Both the position numbers and the translations under genes were made by a program. Shown here piece by piece: positions 19,815-24,272 of a DNA stretch of 24,272 nucleotides. The notes under the pieces are model-generated. The model saw only the letters and a list, made by a program, of their open reading frames with translations, did no database searches and had not been told where the DNA came from. This DNA is from a virus (Duplodnaviria > Caudoviricetes). The first letter of the stretch is position 1. Each line of letters starts with the position of its first letter. The stretch is from the IMG/VR virus record IMGVR_UViG_3300022909_000108, positions 1-24,272 of that record; one strand, given 5' to 3'.

Positions 19815-20933
19815 ATGACTGAAGATTTAAAATGGAGCAATTATGATTTTACTAAAATTCCTTTTGAGGATATTGTTAGTGTAGGCCAAAGAACTCTTCT
19901 CTACAGGGATCTATTTACTGTTAGTTGGTTGCTTGGGAGATTCTGTAACTATAAGTGTAGTTACTGTTGGCCCTATGCTAGAAGTGATCGCAAAGACCAT
20001 AGACCAACAGAACTATGTCTTCATACAATTGATGAAATAAAGAGGCAAGCTCGTGATAACGGTTTTAATAGTTTTCATTTTAGTTTATCTGGCGGTGAGC
20101 CTACTTTTCACCCTGGCTACTTGGATATTCTCAAACATCTTGCTGATGATGTTGATAATACTAATTATACTAGTGTTCACATGACATCAAACTGCTCACG
20201 CAATATGGCTTGGTTTGAGCAGTATGTGGAGGCAGTAAAGCCATTCCATCGTGCAAGTATTACAGCAAGCCTGCATACAGAACATTTAAACACTAAAGAG
20301 AAGATGCAGGACTTTGCAGACAAGCTAATCTTCTGTCAAGAGCACGATGTACAAGTTACGATTAATATGGTTATGGTTCCGGACTGGTTTGAGCGTGATT
20401 GGGAAAACGCATTGTTCTTTCACGAGCAAGGCATAAACGTCACGCTAAAGCCTCAAAGCGACCCTACAGCTAGCCGAGTAGTTGATGGGTATACAGCAGA
20501 GAACCTAAAGCGACTACACAACGGCATGCCGCAACGTGCGTACACAGAGAGCAAGCGTAAATGGGAAGGTAGACCTAAAGCAACATTCCAAGTTCCTAGA
20601 GATATTATGGGAAAAAATGATGCAAGTGTTCCTTGGCATATGCAAGTTGAGTTAAAAGACTCTAAGGGCGAAAAATGGTACATGGACCAAGCAGAACGAT
20701 TTAACGCCTTTAATTTCAACAATTTTGAAGGATGGGCTTGCAATGCCGGTTACAGTGGCATTATAATACGCGAGCCAGACGGTTCGGTAAAAAGAAGCTA
20801 TAGTTGTCACGATGCACCTCTTGGTAACATCGAAACAGGTTTTACACTGTTTAAGACACCTAAAACATGTATTACTAAGAGTTGTGTATCAAGTGCTGAT
20901 AGTAAGATACCTAAGAGAAAACATGCGCAGTAG
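19815..20933 (+). CDS. Radical SAM protein with a short C-terminal Cys cluster
   Basis: CNYKCSYC; 'LSGGEPTFHP', 'TSN', 'ASLH'; C-terminal 'CNAG...DGSVKRSYSC...C...C'. Confidence 0.9.
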   Translation: MTEDLKWSNYDFTKIPFEDIVSVGQRTLLYRDLFTVSWLLGRFCNYKCSYCWPYARSDRKDHRPTELCLHTIDEIKRQARDNGFNSFHFSLSGGEPTFHPGYLDILKHLADDVDNTNYTSVHMTSNCSRNMAWFEQYVEAVKPFHRASITASLHTEHLNTKEKMQDFADKLIFCQEHDVQVTINMVMVPDWFERDWENALFFHEQGINVTLKPQSDPTASRVVDGYTAENLKRLHNGMPQRAYTESKRKWEGRPKATFQVPRDIMGKNDASVPWHMQVELKDSKGEKWYMDQAERFNAFNFNNFEGWACNAGYSGIIIREPDGSVKRSYSCHDAPLGNIETGFTLFKTPKTCITKSCVSSADSKIPKRKHAQ

Positions 20934-21615
20934 TACACAAATAGAAAAAATTAAAAAAACACATTCTGATCCTGTGCAAATATTTAATGCATTGGACGAA
21001 ACTAAGATTAAATTTCTATTAGACTACTATCATAGTCAAGACAAAATAGAAAAAAATACAGGTCCAAAAGTAGTTTATGTAAAAGAAGGAACAGGCATAA
21101 TTGACGATATGCTTATACTGTTGCGCAAACAGTTTGGCAATTTTAAAGTTCGTGCTTGCCACTTCTTTGATGTTGATAATCCTCACGTATTGCATATAGA
21201 CGATAGTTATGATTATCCAAATAGTTACAAAGCATTTACTATACCGTTATGGGTAGAATCAGGTGATTGTAATAAAATTAAATTGGTCATGTTTGATCAA
21301 TATTATTATGGCGGCCCAGTAAAGTTTTTCAAAGGTGAAGTGTTTGAAAAAGAAGTTATCTTTTATAACAAGCATCTATACGATTATACTGATATTGAAA
21401 ATTTATCAAACACTAGTATACTTAAACCAATAAAATTACAATTACTCAGTCATTTAAAGGAAGAATGGTTAGAAGGTCTTAGTGTGCAAACATATTATCC
21501 ATGGACAATAGGATCGATAATAGCATTTGATAGTTTAAAGATACATTGCTCTAGTAACTTCAAAAAAGTAGGTATCAATCGAAAAATTGGACTAAGTATC
21601 TTTACGGAGATTTAA
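20923..21615 (+). CDS. 2OG-Fe(II) oxygenase-like protein, paralog of 12097-12993
   Basis: 'VLHIDD' (HxD), 'FTIPLW', 'FDSLKIHCS'. Start moved from 20812 to ATG 20923, giving a short overlap with the upstream stop. Confidence 0.65.
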   Translation: MRSSTQIEKIKKTHSDPVQIFNALDETKIKFLLDYYHSQDKIEKNTGPKVVYVKEGTGIIDDMLILLRKQFGNFKVRACHFFDVDNPHVLHIDDSYDYPNSYKAFTIPLWVESGDCNKIKLVMFDQYYYGGPVKFFKGEVFEKEVIFYNKHLYDYTDIENLSNTSILKPIKLQLLSHLKEEWLEGLSVQTYYPWTIGSIIAFDSLKIHCSSNFKKVGINRKIGLSIFTEI

Positions 21616-22347
21616 ATGAAGAATCATATCATTACAACTGAAGAAAAAAAGAAACTTAAAGTTAATTATCTTGAAGCGTATGAGGAAGGGATAATCACTA
21701 ATCCTAAAATAATGGATATTGCTTGTGAAATGCAATTAGACGCAATTGGAGATTTTGTTCCACTAAACTTTAAAGTAGATTTATTTCAATTTCAGCAAGA
21801 AATTAAAAAATATGAATCATCATGGGTTCCTTATTTGCATCGAGAAGGTGTACTTAATGATCGACAAGGGCTAAATTTAATAGGATTGCCTGGCGATACT
21901 CCGACTGATAGTTTATCTATGCCAGAAGCCCAACGCCGCACAGGTCGCAAATTGTCTGAATTAGATTTTGACACTCCTACTGAATTATATTATGACCTAC
22001 AGAGTATACACCCGTTGTTAAATGTTTTTCCTAAATTAGGTCGTTGTAGTTTAGTAAAGGTTAACACCGGCGGCTGGTTTCCTAAACATAGAGATGGTAT
22101 TTTATTACAACGTCAAACATTTAGAATTGTATTATTTCTTACTAATACCGGACATGCACATTATGAATGGGAACATGATCACAGAGTTAGACAAATTGAA
22201 GAAGGTCGTGCATACTATATAGATACTAGAAAAACACATAGGACGCACAGTTATGTTCATGACAGCATACATTTAGTTATGAATATACCAAAAACGTATG
22301 ATAATGTGTTGCGTGTATTAAATATATTAGATGCTGGCGAATCGTAA
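21616..22347 (+). CDS. Aspartyl/asparaginyl beta-hydroxylase-like 2OG-Fe(II) oxygenase
   Basis: 'GGWFPKHRD' (HxD) and 'IDTRKTHRTHS...IHLVMN'; GGAG RBS. Confidence 0.7.
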   Translation: MKNHIITTEEKKKLKVNYLEAYEEGIITNPKIMDIACEMQLDAIGDFVPLNFKVDLFQFQQEIKKYESSWVPYLHREGVLNDRQGLNLIGLPGDTPTDSLSMPEAQRRTGRKLSELDFDTPTELYYDLQSIHPLLNVFPKLGRCSLVKVNTGGWFPKHRDGILLQRQTFRIVLFLTNTGHAHYEWEHDHRVRQIEEGRAYYIDTRKTHRTHSYVHDSIHLVMNIPKTYDNVLRVLNILDAGES

Positions 22348-22829
22348 TGTTTAAAAAGTTAGATGTAGAATATAACAAAGAAGAACTTTTAAGTTTAGCA
22401 AATTCTTTGGAATATAATCGTGCATCTAAAGAATTAGGTAGGCAAATACCTCAAGAAATCGTACCTGCTTTTGGATTAGATCATCCGTTGATAAAAAGTA
22501 TAATCCAACAACTACCTAAAGTGCGGTTTTACAACAGCAGTTTTATTAGAACTACTCCTAATACTGTTATAGATCCGCATACTGATAGTTCTGGGTTAGA
22601 TAGTATACAGCGTACAGTTAATTTTTTATTTCCTCTTAAAAATTACAATAGTCCTTTAACAATACACAATAATGGCGAGCATGTATTTGATATTACAGGC
22701 CCTATTGCATTTAGATGTGACTTACCTCACAGTTATGAAAATCGAACAGATGATTATAGGGTAGCACTTATATTACAGGTAAAATATCCTTTTACCTTTG
22801 AACGACTAATAGTAACTAAGGCAATATAA
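22347..22829 (+). CDS. Small 2OG-Fe(II)/cupin oxygenase-like protein
   Basis: 'IDPHTD' (HxD), 'DLPHSYEN...RVAL'. Confidence 0.7.
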   Translation: MFKKLDVEYNKEELLSLANSLEYNRASKELGRQIPQEIVPAFGLDHPLIKSIIQQLPKVRFYNSSFIRTTPNTVIDPHTDSSGLDSIQRTVNFLFPLKNYNSPLTIHNNGEHVFDITGPIAFRCDLPHSYENRTDDYRVALILQVKYPFTFERLIVTKAI

Positions 22830-23410
22830 TGAAAATAGGATTTTATGGCCATTCTACTTGTGCATATCGTAGCAGCGAATCATTTATAGATTTAATTGGA
22901 ACAACGTTAGGTGCTGACATAGTTAATGTGGGTGTCCGCATGGGCTCAGAGGAACGCTCTTTATTAGACTTAAAAAAAACTAAACCTGATATTGCAGTTG
23001 TGTTTCATAGTCAAAGCAGATTAATTTATTCACCAAATAGAGATTACGATTTTGATGCAAGCAGTGATTACGGACTTCTCCCAGATGAAATTGAAATGCT
23101 CGAAACCTATAACACTTATTTTAGAGATAAAGAATTAGAACGTGCAAGGCTATATGGTGCTGCAATGCAAATAGAACAGTATTGTAATGATACAAATACG
23201 TTTGTAATTAATTGTGTTGATACTGCGCACCCATTTCCTAATTGGATTAAATTATCTAATGAAGATATTAAATGCATGACAATAGCAAAATCTAATAGAT
23301 GTGATTTTTCTCAAGGACCAAACGGCATTACAGCCAAAGGCAACGCATTAATTGCAACGCACTTGTTAAATACTATTGCGGCTCGTGACGGAGTGGTCAA
23401 ACGTGTCTGA
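22829..23410 (+). CDS. SGNH-hydrolase-like protein, probably lacking the catalytic His
   Basis: 'KIGFYGHSTC', 'NVGVRMGS', C-terminal 'PNGITAKGNALIA' where an SGNH protein would have a His; the last 11 codons (including the stop) lie within the tRNA. Confidence 0.55.
   Translation: MKIGFYGHSTCAYRSSESFIDLIGTTLGADIVNVGVRMGSEERSLLDLKKTKPDIAVVFHSQSRLIYSPNRDYDFDASSDYGLLPDEIEMLETYNTYFRDKELERARLYGAAMQIEQYCNDTNTFVINCVDTAHPFPNWIKLSNEDIKCMTIAKSNRCDFSQGPNGITAKGNALIATHLLNTIAARDGVVKRV
23367..23377 (+). promoter_or_regulatory. T4-late-type promoter immediately upstream of the tRNA
   Basis: TAAATACTATT ends one base before tRNA position 1 (G23378); matches the extended T4 late consensus as I recall it (TATAAATACTATT). 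Confidence 0.6.
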
Positions 23411-23468
23411 CTGTAAATCAGATGGTAGCAATAGCACCTACGGTGGTTCGAATCCCCCAGCCGCACCA
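23378..23468 (+). tRNA. tRNA-Tyr (GUA), bacterial class II type, with atypical acceptor and T stems
   Basis: Acceptor GCGGCT/AGCCGC, D-stem ACG/CGT with GG in the loop, anticodon stem TCTGA/TCAGA with loop CTGTAAA (GTA at 23413-23415), long variable arm, GGTTCGAATCC T-arm, discriminator A and encoded CCA (23466-23468). Confidence 0.85.
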
Positions 23469-24170
23469 TTTTTTTCTGCATACACAGACATCGGCTGGAA
23501 AGAAGAGTATCAATCTTTATGTAGTGACTTGCAGCATTCTGGTAAAAATGAACTTTATTATTATGCTATTCCTAATATTCTACAAAAGCGTTTAAATCTT
23601 CCTAGTAATACTAGATTGTCATTTGTTGACATACCAAAACCTGTAGAATCAATTTGGCATAGAGATACTAGGGGAGAATGGGTAATTAATGTATATATAG
23701 AGCCAGGAAACGGAAAAACTGAATTTAGGACAGGAAACTTTACATCAGAAAAAAATCAATCTTGGTGTATAAATGTATCTGAAGAGCACAGGGTTTGTAC
23801 GCCAAATCCTAGACAATTTATACAGATAGAATTAGAACAAACTTGGCAATGGCCAGATACTAAATTGTTATGGCAGGAATGGTTAAAACAAAAACACAAT
23901 AATAGTTTAATTAATGATAGGGCCTGGCTGCATTTGCATCATTCTGAGTACGTAAGTCAACTTACAAGAACAGTAGACTGGCATCAAGCACCTGGAATAT
24001 GGGGACTTGTTATAGTACCTATTAAAGGACATACAATAATAGAGTATAAAGATGCTATTATAAATATTAACAAACCTACATTAGTGCAAACTAATATTTT
24101 ACATAAATGGATTCCTGGGACCGAAGATAATGTTTTTTGGGCATATAAAATAAAATGTATTACACGATAG
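23403..24170 (+). CDS. 2OG-Fe(II)/cupin oxygenase-like protein with two tandem domains; start uncertain, probably GTG 23403 inside the tRNA
   Basis: 'IWHRD...INVSEEHRV' in domain 1 and 'DWHQA...QTNILHKW' in domain 2. The frame has no ATG at all; GGAG (23390-23393) lies 9 nt before GTG 23403. Confidence 0.6.
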   Translation: MSDCKSDGSNSTYGGSNPPAAPFFSAYTDIGWKEEYQSLCSDLQHSGKNELYYYAIPNILQKRLNLPSNTRLSFVDIPKPVESIWHRDTRGEWVINVYIEPGNGKTEFRTGNFTSEKNQSWCINVSEEHRVCTPNPRQFIQIELEQTWQWPDTKLLWQEWLKQKHNNSLINDRAWLHLHHSEYVSQLTRTVDWHQAPGIWGLVIVPIKGHTIIEYKDAIININKPTLVQTNILHKWIPGTEDNVFWAYKIKCITR

Positions 24171-24272
24171 ATTACCCAAAATTTTTAGAGTTGCAACAAA
24201 GTTTAATACCTATAGTGTTAAACGCAAAAATTAATGTACATGCGTACAACGGTCCATATACAGACGAAGTTC
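24155..24272 (+). CDS. N-terminus of a hypothetical protein running off the window
   Basis: ATG 24155 opens MYYTIDYPKFLELQQSLIPIVLNAKINVHAYNGPYTDEV with no stop before the window end; overlaps the upstream stop as other genes here do. Confidence 0.5.
   Translation, partial: MYYTIDYPKFLELQQSLIPIVLNAKINVHAYNGPYTDEV

Noticed and set aside
687-20743. Short ORFs from the six-frame track nested in or antisense to long genes (e.g. 687-905, 2001-2453, 6654-6845, 7615-7869, 11601-11891, 17619-17876, 20453-20743)
   Set aside because: They lie wholly or almost wholly within motif-bearing genes and show no recognisable domains; typical shadow ORFs.
20812-20922. 122-nt overlap between the 20812 ORF and the upstream radical SAM gene
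   Set aside because: ATG 20923 gives a short overlap typical of this genome; the extension reads as out-of-frame sequence.
19815-20933. Viperin-like identity suggested by 'CNYKC' and 'SGGEP'
   Set aside because: These motifs are shared by many radical SAM families; the viperin-type 'NYHF...CFH' context is absent and a C-terminal Cys cluster is present. An HMM search would be needed.
23378-23468. tRNA as an integration (att) site
   Set aside because: No integrase and no duplicated tRNA 3' end were found in the window.
1990-24066. Other intragenic TAAATA occurrences (e.g. near 1991, 5993, 10220, 22319, 24061)
   Set aside because: Expected by chance in AT-rich DNA; only those in intergenic gaps or close to a gene or tRNA start were kept.
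1-24272. Stop-codon reassignment, as seen in some large phages
   Set aside because: Coding density is near complete in code 11; TAA, TGA and TAG all end genes at tight junctions; the tRNA anticodon is GTA, not a suppressor.
1-24272. CRISPR arrays, IS elements, introns/inteins, strong intrinsic terminators
   Set aside because: No regularly spaced repeats, transposase, homing-endonuclease or intein motifs, or GC hairpin plus U-tract were seen; intergenic gaps are all under ~70 nt.

Overview
AT-rich, densely coding segment of a large T4-like/jumbo tailed phage genome, standard genetic code. The first ~3.8 kb encodes virion structural proteins: a fibre-like protein with a C-terminal self-cleaving chaperone-type domain and two paralogous tail/baseplate-type proteins, preceded by T4-late-type TAAATA boxes. 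The remaining ~20 kb is an almost uninterrupted cluster of tailoring enzymes. It holds 3 glycosyltransferase-like genes (4 GT-A domains), a SAM-methyltransferase-like gene, 6 radical SAM enzymes with auxiliary Cys clusters, 6 2OG-Fe(II)/cupin oxygenases, 2 SGNH-like proteins, an SDR and several hypotheticals, arranged partly as paralogous modules with one inverted 3-gene cassette. An atypical tRNA-Tyr(GUA) at 23378-23468 has its own late-type promoter, overlaps the stop of the upstream gene and appears to contain the RBS and start of the downstream oxygenase. Product calls rest on motifs read by eye; no database searches were run, and the substrate of the cluster is unknown.
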